IMG/VR virus record: IMGVR_UViG_3300042308_001049
Location: 66,564-130,563 of that record
DNA length: 64,000 nt
Reading direction: 5' to 3' (one strand)
DNA from: a virus
Shown here piece after piece: positions 26,790-37,178 of the stretch; the stretch's first letter is position 1; each line of letters opens with the position of its first letter. The position numbers were made by a program, and so were the translations under genes. The notes under the pieces are model-generated. The model was not told where the DNA came from and made no database searches. It was given only the letters and a program-made list of their open reading frames with translations.

Positions 26790-28358
26790 ATGAGTGATCA
26801 AGATTTAAGAAAAATAATCCAACAGGAATACATAAAATGTGCCCAAGACCCAGGACACTTTATGCGTAAATACTGTTACATCCAACACCCACAACGCGGT
26901 AGGATCACTTTTAATCTATTCCCATTCCAGGAAAAAGTACTCCATTTATGGAGAGATAATCCTTACTCTATTGTTTTAAAATCTCGCCAGTTAGGTATTT
27001 CAACTCTAGCAGCTAGTTATTCTTTATGGTTAATGACTTTCCATAAAGATAAAAACGTATTGTGTCTCGCAACTACTCAGGAGACAGCCAAGAACATGGT
27101 TACCAAGGTTCGTTTCATGTATGATAACTTACCTTCCTGGCTTAAAGTAAAAGAGATAGAAAACAACCGTTTGAGTTTAAGACTAGCAAATGGATCACAA
27201 ATTAAAGCCAAATCATCAAATAGTGACGCAGCACGTTCAGAAGCAGTATCTTTGCTGGTAATTGACGAAGCTGCCTTTATCGATAACGTAGCAGAAACAT
27301 GGGCATCAGCACAACAAACACTTGCCACAGGTGGTGGAGCAATAGTACTTTCAACACCGTATGGAACTGGAAACTGGTTTCACCAGACATGGGTGAGGGC
27401 GGAAGCAGCAGAGAACGACTTCTTACCTATCAAATTACCATGGTATGTCCACCCGGAGAGGGATGAGGAATGGAGAAAAAAACAAGATGAATTACTAGGT
27501 GACCCTAGAGCAGCAGCACAAGAATGTGACTGCGACTTTAGTACCTCAGGTGATACTGTTTTCTATTCTGAATGGTTAGAATTTATCTCTCAAACCACTA
27601 TTAAAGAACCTCTAGAAAGACGAGGTGCTGATAAAAACTTATGGGTTTGGGAACCAGCTGATTACTCTAGAGATTATATGGTAGTGGCTGACGTAGCTAG
27701 AGGTGATGGTAAAGACTTCTCAGCAGCTCACGTCATGGATATAGCTACTAATACACAAGTAGCTGAATATAAAGGACAATTAAGCCCTAAAGAATTTGGA
27801 CATTTCCTTGTTGGTTTAGCTTCAGAATATAATAATGCTTTATTAGTAGTAGAAAATGCTTCTATTGGTTGGGCTACTATTGAGACTATACAAGAAAGAG
27901 GCTATCAGAACTTCTATTTGTCACCTAAGAGTGATCAATTAACAGCTGAGTCGTATTTTAATAGATATGAATTCAGCAATAATTTAACTCCAGGTTTTAC
28001 CATGTCAATGAAAACAAGACCACTTGTAGTAAATAAATTTAGAGAATATGTTGGTGATAGAAGTGTCACTATCAACTCTAAACGTTTATTAGAAGAAATG
28101 AAAGTATTTGTTTGGAAAAACGGTAGACCAGAAGCACAATCCGGTTATAATGATGACTTAGTAATGTCATTTGGTATTGGGATGTTCTTAAGAGATACCT
28201 CACTTAAATTCCAACAACAAGGTCTAGACATGACTAGAGCGGCTCTTAATAACATGGCTAAAAATACTACAGCTGGTGTATTTAGTGGTAATTCAATTCA
28301 AAACCCATACATTCAAGAAATGGGAAAACAAAAAGAGGATCTACGTTGGCTCCTTTAA
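26790..28358 (+). CDS. terL: Terminase large subunit (T4 gp17-like)
   Basis: KSRQLGIST Walker A, LLVIDEAAF Walker B, STPYG, ADVARG, NDDLVM nuclease motifs; ATG at 26790. Confidence 0.95.
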   Translation: MSDQDLRKIIQQEYIKCAQDPGHFMRKYCYIQHPQRGRITFNLFPFQEKVLHLWRDNPYSIVLKSRQLGISTLAASYSLWLMTFHKDKNVLCLATTQETAKNMVTKVRFMYDNLPSWLKVKEIENNRLSLRLANGSQIKAKSSNSDAARSEAVSLLVIDEAAFIDNVAETWASAQQTLATGGGAIVLSTPYGTGNWFHQTWVRAEAAENDFLPIKLPWYVHPERDEEWRKKQDELLGDPRAAAQECDCDFSTSGDTVFYSEWLEFISQTTIKEPLERRGADKNLWVWEPADYSRDYMVVADVARGDGKDFSAAHVMDIATNTQVAEYKGQLSPKEFGHFLVGLASEYNNALLVVENASIGWATIETIQERGYQNFYLSPKSDQLTAESYFNRYEFSNNLTPGFTMSMKTRPLVVNKFREYVGDRSVTINSKRLLEEMKVFVWKNGRPEAQSGYNDDLVMSFGIGMFLRDTSLKFQQQGLDMTRAALNNMAKNTTAGVFSGNSIQNPYIQEMGKQKEDLRWLL

Positions 28359-28381
28359 TATTTATGATAATAAACTAAGCA

Positions 28382-30262
28382 ATGGCTGATACTAGTATTT
28401 TTTCAAGATTAAAAAGACTCTTTTCAACTGATGTAGTCATCAGAAATGAAGGAGGCAGTCAACTTAAAGTAGTTGACACTGATAAAATTCAAACTAGTGG
28501 TGAATTTCAAACTAATTCATTAGTTGATAGATTCCAAAAAATCTATACCAACCCAGCTGCTACCTCTCTTTTAGGTCAGCAGTTTAATATGCAATATCAG
28601 TATCTAAGAACTTATTTATATAGTGATTATGATACAATGGATACAGATGCAATTGTAGCTTCTGCTCTTGATATTATAGCTGATGAATGTACTCTAAAGA
28701 ATGATATGGGAGAAATACTTCAAATTAGAAGTAGTGATGATGATATCCAAAAAATTCTTTATAACTTATTCTATGACGTACTTAACATTGAGTTCAACCT
28801 TTGGTCTTGGACTCGTCAAATGTGTAAGTATGGTGATTTCTTTTTAAAACTAGAAATTGCTGAAAAATTTGGTGTTTATAATGTAATCCCTTATACCGCA
28901 TACCACATTCAAAGACGTGAAAACTTTGACATGGCCAACCCAGCCAAAGTTCAATTCTTATATTCACCTGACGGATATTATACTGGTGGTTCAGGTTACT
29001 ATGCTACACCAAATACTAAACCTTTAGAAAATCAAATAGTATTTGATAATTATGAGATAGCTCACTTCCGTTTATTAACAGATGTAAACTATCTTCCTTA
29101 TGGTCGTTCATATCTAGAACCAGCACGTCGTTTATTTAAACAATATGTGTTAATGGAGGATGCAATGCTTATCCATAGAATTGCCCGCGCTCCAGAAAAA
29201 CGTATTTTTTATGTTAATGTAGGTAATATTCCGCCTGCTGAAGTTGAGCAGTTTATGCAAAAAACTATAGGCACCATGAAACGTACTCCGTTAATGGATG
29301 AAAAAACAGGTGAATATAACCAAAAATATAACATGCAAAACTTACTAGAGGATTTCTATATCCCGGTAAGAGGAAATGATGCCGCTACTAAGATTGAAAC
29401 TACAAAAGGTCTAGATTACGATGGTATCCAAGACGTAACTTACCTAAGAGATAAGTTATTTGCTGCCCTTAAAGTACCTAAAGCCTTTATGGGTTATGAA
29501 AAAGACTTAACAGGTAAAGCAACATTAGCAGCTGAAGATATTAGATTTGCTCGTACAATTGATCGTATTCAAAGAATCTTATTATCTGAGTTATATAAAA
29601 TTGCTTTAGTACACCTTTACACTCAAGGATTTGATGGAGAAAGTTTAACAAACTTTGAACTTAATCTAACTACTCCTTCAATTATTGCTGAACAAGAAAA
29701 AATTAATCTTCTAAAGGAAAAAGTAGCTCTAGCTAAAGATATGCTAGACACTAAAATTATTCCTTCAGATTGGATTTATGATAATATCTTCCAATTCAGT
29801 TCAGATCAGTATGATGAGTATAGAGACCTAGCAATTGAGGATGCTAAACGTAACTTTAGGATTCAACAAATTACAGAAGAAGGTAATGACCCAGTTGAAA
29901 CAGGTCGTTCATATGGTACACCACATGACTTAGCCTCTCTATATGGTAGAGGAAGATATGAAAATGGTGAAGTACCTGATGGATATGATGAAGATAAAGA
30001 GTTAGGTAGACCTAAAGAAAAAGCATCTAATATCAATACTCAACAAAATGTTTTAGGTAGAGATAGACTTGGACGTCAAGATAATAAAGTAGATGACCAA
30101 GAAAAATATGGTACACCTAATTACAAGGGGGGCTCACCTTTAGCTTTAGAAAATAAAAAAAATAAAAATAAAGCTTTACTAGAATCCTTAAGTAAAGAGA
30201 TAGTTTACGCTAAAAATAAGTCAGCAGAATCATTATTAGATGAGTCTAATCTGACTGAGTAA
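28382..30262 (+). CDS. gp20: Portal protein (T4 gp20-like)
   Basis: MEDAMLIHRIARAPEKRIFYVNVGN, LEDFYIPVRG, LFAALKVP. Confidence 0.93.
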   Translation: MADTSIFSRLKRLFSTDVVIRNEGGSQLKVVDTDKIQTSGEFQTNSLVDRFQKIYTNPAATSLLGQQFNMQYQYLRTYLYSDYDTMDTDAIVASALDIIADECTLKNDMGEILQIRSSDDDIQKILYNLFYDVLNIEFNLWSWTRQMCKYGDFFLKLEIAEKFGVYNVIPYTAYHIQRRENFDMANPAKVQFLYSPDGYYTGGSGYYATPNTKPLENQIVFDNYEIAHFRLLTDVNYLPYGRSYLEPARRLFKQYVLMEDAMLIHRIARAPEKRIFYVNVGNIPPAEVEQFMQKTIGTMKRTPLMDEKTGEYNQKYNMQNLLEDFYIPVRGNDAATKIETTKGLDYDGIQDVTYLRDKLFAALKVPKAFMGYEKDLTGKATLAAEDIRFARTIDRIQRILLSELYKIALVHLYTQGFDGESLTNFELNLTTPSIIAEQEKINLLKEKVALAKDMLDTKIIPSDWIYDNIFQFSSDQYDEYRDLAIEDAKRNFRIQQITEEGNDPVETGRSYGTPHDLASLYGRGRYENGEVPDGYDEDKELGRPKEKASNINTQQNVLGRDRLGRQDNKVDDQEKYGTPNYKGGSPLALENKKNKNKALLESLSKEIVYAKNKSAESLLDESNLTE

Positions 30263-30297
30263 ATATCTTTATATATTTATAATAAATCCTAGATAGA

Positions 30298-31167
30298 ATG
30301 AATATTAAACATTCGAAATATAAAAATACTGGTATTCTCTTTGAACTGCTTGTTAGACAAATAACAGCAGATACACTTAATGGAGGACAATCTCCTGCAT
30401 TAAATATTATCAAAAAATACTTTGTAAAAAGTGAATTAGGTAAAGAATTAAAATTATATGAGACTTTAAGTAAAACTAATAAAATTACTGAAGCCAAAGC
30501 TAATATTTTAATACAAACTATTTTAGAGTCATCTAAAAAACTTAATAGATCATCTTTACGTAGACAAAAATATAACCTAATCAATGAGATTAAGGAACAT
30601 TATGATCTAGATGAATTTTTTAAAACTAAATTAGTTAGTTATAAGCCATTTGCTGCTTTATATACTTTAATTGAGGCTGTACATACAACTGATACAGTTA
30701 ACCCAACTCAATTAATTGATAATAAGTTTACTCTTCTAGAACACCTATCCACTCCAGTAGTTAAGGAGGAAAAAGTAAAAGATGAAGTCCTACAAGAATT
30801 TCAAACATATGATAAAGACATAAGACTTCTTACTTATAAAATCTTACTAGAGAAATTTAATGGTAAGTATTCAGGCTTATATGAGTCACAAAAAGAAGTA
30901 CTTAAAGAATTTATCACTTCAGTTGACTCAACTCCTAAGTTAAGAACATTCTATAACAATAGAATCCAACAACTTAAAGAAGAATTAGCTAACATTAGTA
31001 AAACTATAACAGACAAGGCTGTTCAAATTAAACTAATTGAGGTTTTACCTCTTATCGTTGAGGTTGAAAAAACACAACCAATCAAAAACGAGAACATAGT
31101 TGACCTACTCCAATATTGTGAATTAGTAGAAGAACTCAAAATAGCCAATGGACAATCTAACAAATAA
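30298..31167 (+). CDS. Conserved hypothetical protein in the head module
   Basis: Between portal and protease; TATTTATA at 30274. Confidence 0.6.
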   Translation: MNIKHSKYKNTGILFELLVRQITADTLNGGQSPALNIIKKYFVKSELGKELKLYETLSKTNKITEAKANILIQTILESSKKLNRSSLRRQKYNLINEIKEHYDLDEFFKTKLVSYKPFAALYTLIEAVHTTDTVNPTQLIDNKFTLLEHLSTPVVKEEKVKDEVLQEFQTYDKDIRLLTYKILLEKFNGKYSGLYESQKEVLKEFITSVDSTPKLRTFYNNRIQQLKEELANISKTITDKAVQIKLIEVLPLIVEVEKTQPIKNENIVDLLQYCELVEELKIANGQSNK

Positions 31168-31726
31168 AATCCAGGAAGTAATTCGTGGTAAAAAATTTAA
31201 ACTTGTACCTACTCCTGGTGGAGAAGGAGAATTTGAGTCTGATGTAGTTTATGTTCCTGATTTTGAAATGCTAATAAAAGATCTAAACAGAGCTTTAGAA
31301 ACTTTAAATGGTATATCTACAACTGAAGAAATTAGAAAAGACTCTGAATTTTTAGCCTATATTAAAGAATATAGAGAATTAAGAAATAAAATTAGAACCC
31401 ACCTAAGAAAAAACTACCCAGTTGAATATAGCACTATTAAAGGCTTATTTGAAATGACTGGTACAGGTGGTGGGGCTGGAGCTGCTGGATTCCAAGTAGG
31501 TCAAGGTCCTCAATATGGAGCTAAGTATGCCTATAAATTAGCTCCTAAAATGAAAAAATTAGGTGAAGGCAACCCAGGTGCTTCATTAGGTAAAGGACCT
31601 AAAGCAGGTGCCACAGGTGTAAAAGACAATTATTATACTAAAAATTTTGGTTTTAAACCGGTTAATAGTAAGAAATTAGCTGCCCAATCCAAGGCAGTAG
31701 ACACTAAATATTTATGGGGTAAATAA
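31148..31726 (+). CDS. Hypothetical head-module protein
   Basis: Helical N-terminal half, then Gly/Lys-rich tail after LFE. Confidence 0.55.
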   Translation: MDNLTNKIQEVIRGKKFKLVPTPGGEGEFESDVVYVPDFEMLIKDLNRALETLNGISTTEEIRKDSEFLAYIKEYRELRNKIRTHLRKNYPVEYSTIKGLFEMTGTGGGAGAAGFQVGQGPQYGAKYAYKLAPKMKKLGEGNPGASLGKGPKAGATGVKDNYYTKNFGFKPVNSKKLAAQSKAVDTKYLWGK

Positions 31727-31737
31727 TATTTATAAAC

Positions 31738-31995
31738 ATGTACAAATATAAATTAAAACCAAAACCAGTAAATGAAATAGACCCAGGAAGAAAACAATTC
31801 CAAGAGGAACGTATTGCTGCTTTTGATAAAATTACTCAACGCTTAAATAATTTATACCCAGCTATAGATAACGCTAAAGACGAAACTATAGCATATTATA
31901 ATGAAAAACCAGAATCATATGCTGTTGTTAAACCAACAGACTTGATTTTAAGTTACTTAAATGATATTGAAGAACTATTAACAGGAGACAAATGA
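31738..31995 (+). CDS. Hypothetical protein
   Basis: TATTTATA at 31727; translationally coupled to the next gene. Confidence 0.55.
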   Translation: MYKYKLKPKPVNEIDPGRKQFQEERIAAFDKITQRLNNLYPAIDNAKDETIAYYNEKPESYAVVKPTDLILSYLNDIEELLTGDK

Positions 31996-32630
31996 AAACC
32001 CTACAAGAACAATACACACTAATACAGGAAGGTAAAGGACATAAAGATATGTTCTTAAAATCTGCTCGTAGATTATTTCCTGAATATATTACTAACTTTG
32101 CCTCATATGGTGAAGCTACAACTATCCTAAAACAAAAAGGAATCATTAGTGAAATGATTGTAGGAGGAGGTGTTATAAGTCGTCGTCCATTTGATCCATT
32201 TAAAGCTTTTAACTCATTTGTAAACGAAGCCTCAGAACAAGAAACCCCAGTTAGAGCCCCTAAAGCATCAGGTGCTTATGATACTAAATCTGTTAACACT
32301 AAATTATCTAAAGAAGTAGAAGATAACCAAAGAGAAACTGGATTCAATAATCAGAACTATAAAGATATTGATAACTTATACGGTGAAGAATTTTTAGAGG
32401 GATATTACGCTGAAATGAAAGATCCTAAGAATGTTGATAAAACTGTAGATGAGCTAAAAGAAATTGTTAGAAAAAATTTAGCTAAAAATTCTTCACATTA
32501 TGTAGAAAACGCTGCTTTTGGTGTTAAAGGAATAGGCTACACAAAAGATGCTCCTGGATTAGGTGAAGGTGAGCCTGTTAAAGGAAAATACAAAGCTAGT
32601 GGATACGGTGACATGCCAAAGAAAAAGTAA
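31992..32630 (+). CDS. Putative internal head/core protein
   Basis: MKTLQEQYTLIQE resembles the T4 internal-protein capsid-targeting sequence (MKTYQEFIAE type); adjacent to the protease. Confidence 0.55.
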   Translation: MKTLQEQYTLIQEGKGHKDMFLKSARRLFPEYITNFASYGEATTILKQKGIISEMIVGGGVISRRPFDPFKAFNSFVNEASEQETPVRAPKASGAYDTKSVNTKLSKEVEDNQRETGFNNQNYKDIDNLYGEEFLEGYYAEMKDPKNVDKTVDELKEIVRKNLAKNSSHYVENAAFGVKGIGYTKDAPGLGEGEPVKGKYKASGYGDMPKKK

Positions 32631-33235
32631 TGAAACAAGTTCTTATTGAAACCCTCCCATTCCAAGTTGTACCTACACAACTAACTGAAGGATATAAATC
32701 CGCAGCTGGTAACCCTATTGTTGAGGGTATTTTAGCTTCAGCTGAAATTAAAAATGGTAATGGTAGATATTACGCTAAAGACCTTTGGCAACGTGAAATA
32801 GACAAATACATGAACGTGGTTAAAGAAAACAGAGCCACAGGTGAATTAGACCACCCAGATTCGTCTATAATCAACCTAAAAAACGTTTGCCATATCATTC
32901 GCGACTTATGGTGGGACGGTGATAATATCATGGGTAAAATCGAAATTCTACCGACAGTATCAGGCAATATTCTAAAAGCACTTATTGATAATAATGTAAT
33001 GGTAGGTGTATCATCAAGAGGTATGGGTTCATTAAAACCTACATCTGGTGGTATGATGGAAGTACAAGACGATTTTGAACTCCTATGTTGGGACTTTGTC
33101 TCAACCCCTTCAAACCCAGGTTCATTTATGCATTTAGTAAATGAAGGAAAAGAATATAAAGCAAGTTCTTATGGTAAAGTAAATGGTATCCTAACAGATA
33201 TCTTATGTGCTAAAGGTACTTGCCCTATAATATAA
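32630..33235 (+). CDS. gp21: Prohead core protease (T4 gp21-like)
   Basis: NGNGRYY, GELDHP, GVSSRGMGS and DFVSTPS motifs. Confidence 0.92.
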   Translation: MKQVLIETLPFQVVPTQLTEGYKSAAGNPIVEGILASAEIKNGNGRYYAKDLWQREIDKYMNVVKENRATGELDHPDSSIINLKNVCHIIRDLWWDGDNIMGKIEILPTVSGNILKALIDNNVMVGVSSRGMGSLKPTSGGMMEVQDDFELLCWDFVSTPSNPGSFMHLVNEGKEYKASSYGKVNGILTDILCAKGTCPII

Positions 33236-33284
33236 CCTAAGATGCTACCTTAGGAATGCCCCCCTTGGATAGTATCCTTGGGTC

Positions 33285-33312
33285 AACCCCTACAGAAATG
33301 TAGGGGTTTTTT
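33285..33312 (+). terminator. Intrinsic terminator
   Basis: AACCCCTACA-GAAA-TGTAGGGGTT followed by Ts. Confidence 0.85.
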
Positions 33313-33456
33313 CTCCTCTTTAATTTTTAATAGATCCCTATATATGTATCACTGACCCTAGTATGTTATCCTTTATATAACATTGGGATTTGTATAACAC
33401 TTATTACGGTTCACAAAGAATAATAACCGTACCCCACAAACTAAATTTTGAGGAAA

Positions 33457-34557
33457 ATGTCAAACAGTAGAGACCTTTTAAAGGAGGCTATTGCCGATGC
33501 TAAATCTGTAAAAGAAGCAGCTATCGCTAATGCCAAAGCAGCTCTCGAGGAAGCATTTACTCCTTACTTACAAGAGAAATTTGCCGCTAAATTGCAGGAA
33601 ATGGAACTTGAAGAAGAGGATGATATGTACGAAGAGATGACTGATGAGAACTACGGTGAGGATGGAATGAAAGAAGCCAAAGAAGACAAAATGAAGGAAG
33701 CTTACGACGATAAAATGGAAGAAGCTGACAAAATGGATGAATTGGATCTTGAAGAACTCCTAGCCGAACTCGATGAAGAAATGGAAAAAACTAAAGGCAT
33801 GGAAGAAACCTTAAACGAAGCTGAAGAAGAAATAGAAATGGACTCTGAAGAAGAAGTTGAAGGTGGAGAGGGAGATGAAGAAATCGATCTTGAAGACATG
33901 TCAGAAGAAGATCTTAAAGCTTTAATCGAGGATGTAATTGCCGATATGGTTGCAGCTGGCGAATTAGAAGCCGGTGACAACTTTGAGGAAGAAGGCGATG
34001 AAGAAGAAATCGACATCGATATGGAAGACGAAGAGTCTAAAGAAGAGGAAATTATGGAAAGAAAGAATTACGGAGGTGGTAAAGGCAACGAGTCAAAAGA
34101 CAAAGGAGCCTACGCTAAGAAAAAAGAAGGTCATGGTCGTGGCCCTCTTAAGAAAGACTCAGCAGAAGCCGAAGGTAAAACTGACTACCGTAAGAAACTT
34201 GAAGAAAAAGAAGTAGAAGAAATGAGAAATCAAATCGCAGAACTCGCTTCAACTCTTTCAGAAGTAAAACTTCTAAACGCTAAACTTCTTTACACAAACA
34301 AGATTTTCAGAGCTAAGAATTTAACTGAAAGTCAAAAAGTAAAGGTATTGGAAGCTTTTGATAAAGCTGCTTCTGTAAAAGATGCTAAACTTATCTACGA
34401 AACATTAACTACAATTAAGGAAACTAAATCCCCAGTTACTGAATCAATGAGAGGTATGGCCTCTAAAGCAGCAGGAATGGCCCCAACAAAGAAACCAATT
34501 CTTGAGGTAAACGATCAATTTGCAAGATGGCAAATTCTTGCAGGAATTAAAAAATAA
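33457..34557 (+). CDS. Prohead core scaffold protein (gp22-like)
   Basis: Very acidic coiled-coil protein between protease and capsid genes; many L-x-E sites; ATG at 33457. Confidence 0.8.
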   Translation: MSNSRDLLKEAIADAKSVKEAAIANAKAALEEAFTPYLQEKFAAKLQEMELEEEDDMYEEMTDENYGEDGMKEAKEDKMKEAYDDKMEEADKMDELDLEELLAELDEEMEKTKGMEETLNEAEEEIEMDSEEEVEGGEGDEEIDLEDMSEEDLKALIEDVIADMVAAGELEAGDNFEEEGDEEEIDIDMEDEESKEEEIMERKNYGGGKGNESKDKGAYAKKKEGHGRGPLKKDSAEAEGKTDYRKKLEEKEVEEMRNQIAELASTLSEVKLLNAKLLYTNKIFRAKNLTESQKVKVLEAFDKAASVKDAKLIYETLTTIKETKSPVTESMRGMASKAAGMAPTKKPILEVNDQFARWQILAGIKK

Positions 34558-34582
34558 TTAACTTAAAAAAATAATTTAGACA

Positions 34583-36316
34583 ATGTCACAAGTACAACAA
34601 CTTCTCGAGTCTGCTGCTTCCGGTTGGAAGAATATGCAGTCTGACGCTGCTCGTTTAGCGTCCAAGTGGGAAAAGACAGGTCTTCTTGAAGGTCTTCGTT
34701 CAGAGACTGACAAGAACAACATGTCTTTAATCCTAGAAAACCAAGCAAAACAACTTGTAGTAGAACAATCATCAGTTGGTGGTGGTACAGGCTACGGTGC
34801 TTTCTCAGTAGGTCAAGGCGCTGAATGGGCTGGAATCGCTCTTCCATTAGTACGTAAGGTGTTCGGCCAAATCGCTGCTAAGGAATTCGTTTCTGTTCAA
34901 CCAATGAACCTTCCTTCTGGTCTAGTATTCTTCTTAGACTTCCAGTACGGAACTGCTAAGAATCCATTCACTCAGAACGGATCACTTTACGGTAATACTG
35001 GCTCTGCCCAGTACCCATTCTCTACTAACACTAACAACCTTAACCAATTAGGTACAGGTGGTCTTTACGGTGCTGGTAGATTTACTTACTCAACTAACCA
35101 ATTCTCTGAATCAATCGTAGCTGTTTCAGGTGCTAGCACTGCTGTAGTACAAGCAACTTGGGCTGACGTAAATTTTGACTCTAGCTTATCACAATCTATT
35201 GTTCAAAACCAAATCATCTCTATCACAGTTACTGGTTCAACTGGTCAGTTACCTAACTTTGATCCAGACGCAGTTCGTGGCTTCGTAATCTACTCAGCTT
35301 CTAATGCAGCTGGTGATGTATCTGTAGCTACTAACTTACCAGCTTTCACAACTTACGATTACACTGCTAATACAATCACTTTCTACGTTACTGCTTCTGC
35401 TGCTAGCGCAGTTTACAATGTATCTGGTAGTGGTTCATTCATTGTAGAATACAACAAGGCTACTACAATGTCTCCATACAACGTAGGTGATTTTGAAGCT
35501 GGAAACCGATTCGCAGTTCCTAACGCTGAGAGCTCAGAACAGATTGTTATCCCAGAGATCAACATCCAAATGCAATCTCAAGCTATTGTAGCTAAGACTA
35601 AGAAGCTAAAAGCAGTTTGGACACCTGAATTCGCTCAAGACTTGAATGCTTACCAAGCTCTTGATGCTGAAGCTGAGGTTACAAACATCATGAGTGAGTA
35701 CATCTCTCTTGAAATCGATCTTGAAATCTTAGACATGTTGATTGAAGATGCAGCTGCTGGTACAGAATACTGGTCTGCGATCTCTAACCAATTCATCAAT
35801 GCTTCTGGTACTGCATTCACTACTTTAGGAGTATCTGATGGTGGTTACTACAACACTCAGGGCCAATGGTTCCAAACCCTTGGTACTAAGATGCAGAAAC
35901 TTTCTAATAGAATCCACCAATTAACCCTACGTGGTGGTGCTAACTTCTTAGTATGTTCTCCAACTGTAGCAACTATCCTTGAATCAATCCCAGGATACGC
36001 CGCTACTTCAAACGGTGATGCTGCTCAGATGGAATATGCATTTGGTGTACAGAAAGCTGGTCAATTGAATAGCCGTTACACTGTGTACAAGAACCCATAC
36101 ATGAATGAGAATACTATTCTTATGGGCTTCCGTGGTACTCAGTTCCTAGAGGCAGGTGCTGTATTTGCTCCTTACATTCCGTTGATCATGACTCCTCTTA
36201 TCTACGATCCAGAAACCTTCACTCCAAGAAAAGGTCTCTTGACTCGTTACGCTAAGAAGATGCTTCGCCCTGAATTCTATGGTAAGATCTATGTTAGTGG
36301 CTTAACAAGCATCTAA
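34583..36316 (+). CDS. gp23: Major capsid protein (T4 gp23-like)
   Basis: LENQ, PLVRKVF, VQPMNLPSGLVF, KLKAVWTPEFAQDL, YIPL...FTPRKGLLTRY. Confidence 0.95.
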   Translation: MSQVQQLLESAASGWKNMQSDAARLASKWEKTGLLEGLRSETDKNNMSLILENQAKQLVVEQSSVGGGTGYGAFSVGQGAEWAGIALPLVRKVFGQIAAKEFVSVQPMNLPSGLVFFLDFQYGTAKNPFTQNGSLYGNTGSAQYPFSTNTNNLNQLGTGGLYGAGRFTYSTNQFSESIVAVSGASTAVVQATWADVNFDSSLSQSIVQNQIISITVTGSTGQLPNFDPDAVRGFVIYSASNAAGDVSVATNLPAFTTYDYTANTITFYVTASAASAVYNVSGSGSFIVEYNKATTMSPYNVGDFEAGNRFAVPNAESSEQIVIPEINIQMQSQAIVAKTKKLKAVWTPEFAQDLNAYQALDAEAEVTNIMSEYISLEIDLEILDMLIEDAAAGTEYWSAISNQFINASGTAFTTLGVSDGGYYNTQGQWFQTLGTKMQKLSNRIHQLTLRGGANFLVCSPTVATILESIPGYAATSNGDAAQMEYAFGVQKAGQLNSRYTVYKNPYMNENTILMGFRGTQFLEAGAVFAPYIPLIMTPLIYDPETFTPRKGLLTRYAKKMLRPEFYGKIYVSGLTSI

Positions 36317-36343
36317 TATAAAAATACTATAGAATAGTAATAG

Positions 36344-36373
36344 AGAGCCCCGCGAAAGCGGGGCTCTTTTTTT
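36344..36373 (+). terminator. Intrinsic terminator after the capsid gene
   Basis: AGAGCCCCGC-GAAA-GCGGGGCTCT plus T run. Confidence 0.9.
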
Positions 36374-36417
36374 ATATGTATACACGATAATAATTTGTTT
36401 CACTTATTAATTAATTT

Positions 36418-37149
36418 ATGGCTTCACACCATCACGAAGATCCAATCTTCCAGGAAAAGCGCAAACCCAAAACCCCAATTAAGTTTAAAACAGAATTAAA
36501 CCCAGAACAGAAAGAAGCTAAAGCAAAAATATTACAACACACAGTTACGTTATTAGCCGGTTCAGCCGGATCAGGTAAAACATTTTTAGCATGTCAAATA
36601 GCCTTAGAGAAGCTATTTATGAAAGAAGCTGAAAAAGTCATTATTACAAGACCTACAGTATCAAAAGAGGAAATAGGTTTCCTTCCCGGTGATTTACGTG
36701 AGAAAATGGACCCGTGGGTGCAACCGATATACCAAAATATGTATGCGTTATACGACAAGATGAAAGTGGAACAACTCATATCTAATGGGCAGATCGAGAT
36801 AGTACCTTTATCATTTATGCGAGGTAGAACATTCCTCGACTCAGTTGTAATAGTAGACGAAGCCCAAAACGTTACACATGAACAAATGGAAATGATTGTA
36901 ACCAGACTTGGTTTACGTTCCAAAATGATCATTTGTGGAGATGATGCTCAAGTAGATTTAAAATCAAAACGCGATTCTGGTTTTAGATTCTTATATACTG
37001 CTGCTAAAAAGATAAAGGACTTGTGTGCTATTTCTCTTAAGACAAACCACAGACACCCAATTGTAGAAGACCTTATCTCATATTATGAGGAAGCTGTAGA
37101 ACAAGGTGTACCTTTAAATACCTCAGGTTCAAACGGAAGGAAGAACTAA
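36418..37149 (+). CDS. phoH: PhoH-family ATPase
   Basis: GSAGSGKT, IGFLPGDLREK, FMRGRTF, VDEAQN, GDDAQVD, RHPIV. Confidence 0.93.
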   Translation: MASHHHEDPIFQEKRKPKTPIKFKTELNPEQKEAKAKILQHTVTLLAGSAGSGKTFLACQIALEKLFMKEAEKVIITRPTVSKEEIGFLPGDLREKMDPWVQPIYQNMYALYDKMKVEQLISNGQIEIVPLSFMRGRTFLDSVVIVDEAQNVTHEQMEMIVTRLGLRSKMIICGDDAQVDLKSKRDSGFRFLYTAAKKIKDLCAISLKTNHRHPIVEDLISYYEEAVEQGVPLNTSGSNGRKN

Positions 37150-37178
37150 GAGTTCTTACATATTTATAACGAAAACGT

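Noticed and set aside
26790-36316. Introns or inteins in terminase, portal or capsid genes
   Set aside because: Reading frames are continuous, lengths are ordinary and no splicing motifs are visible.
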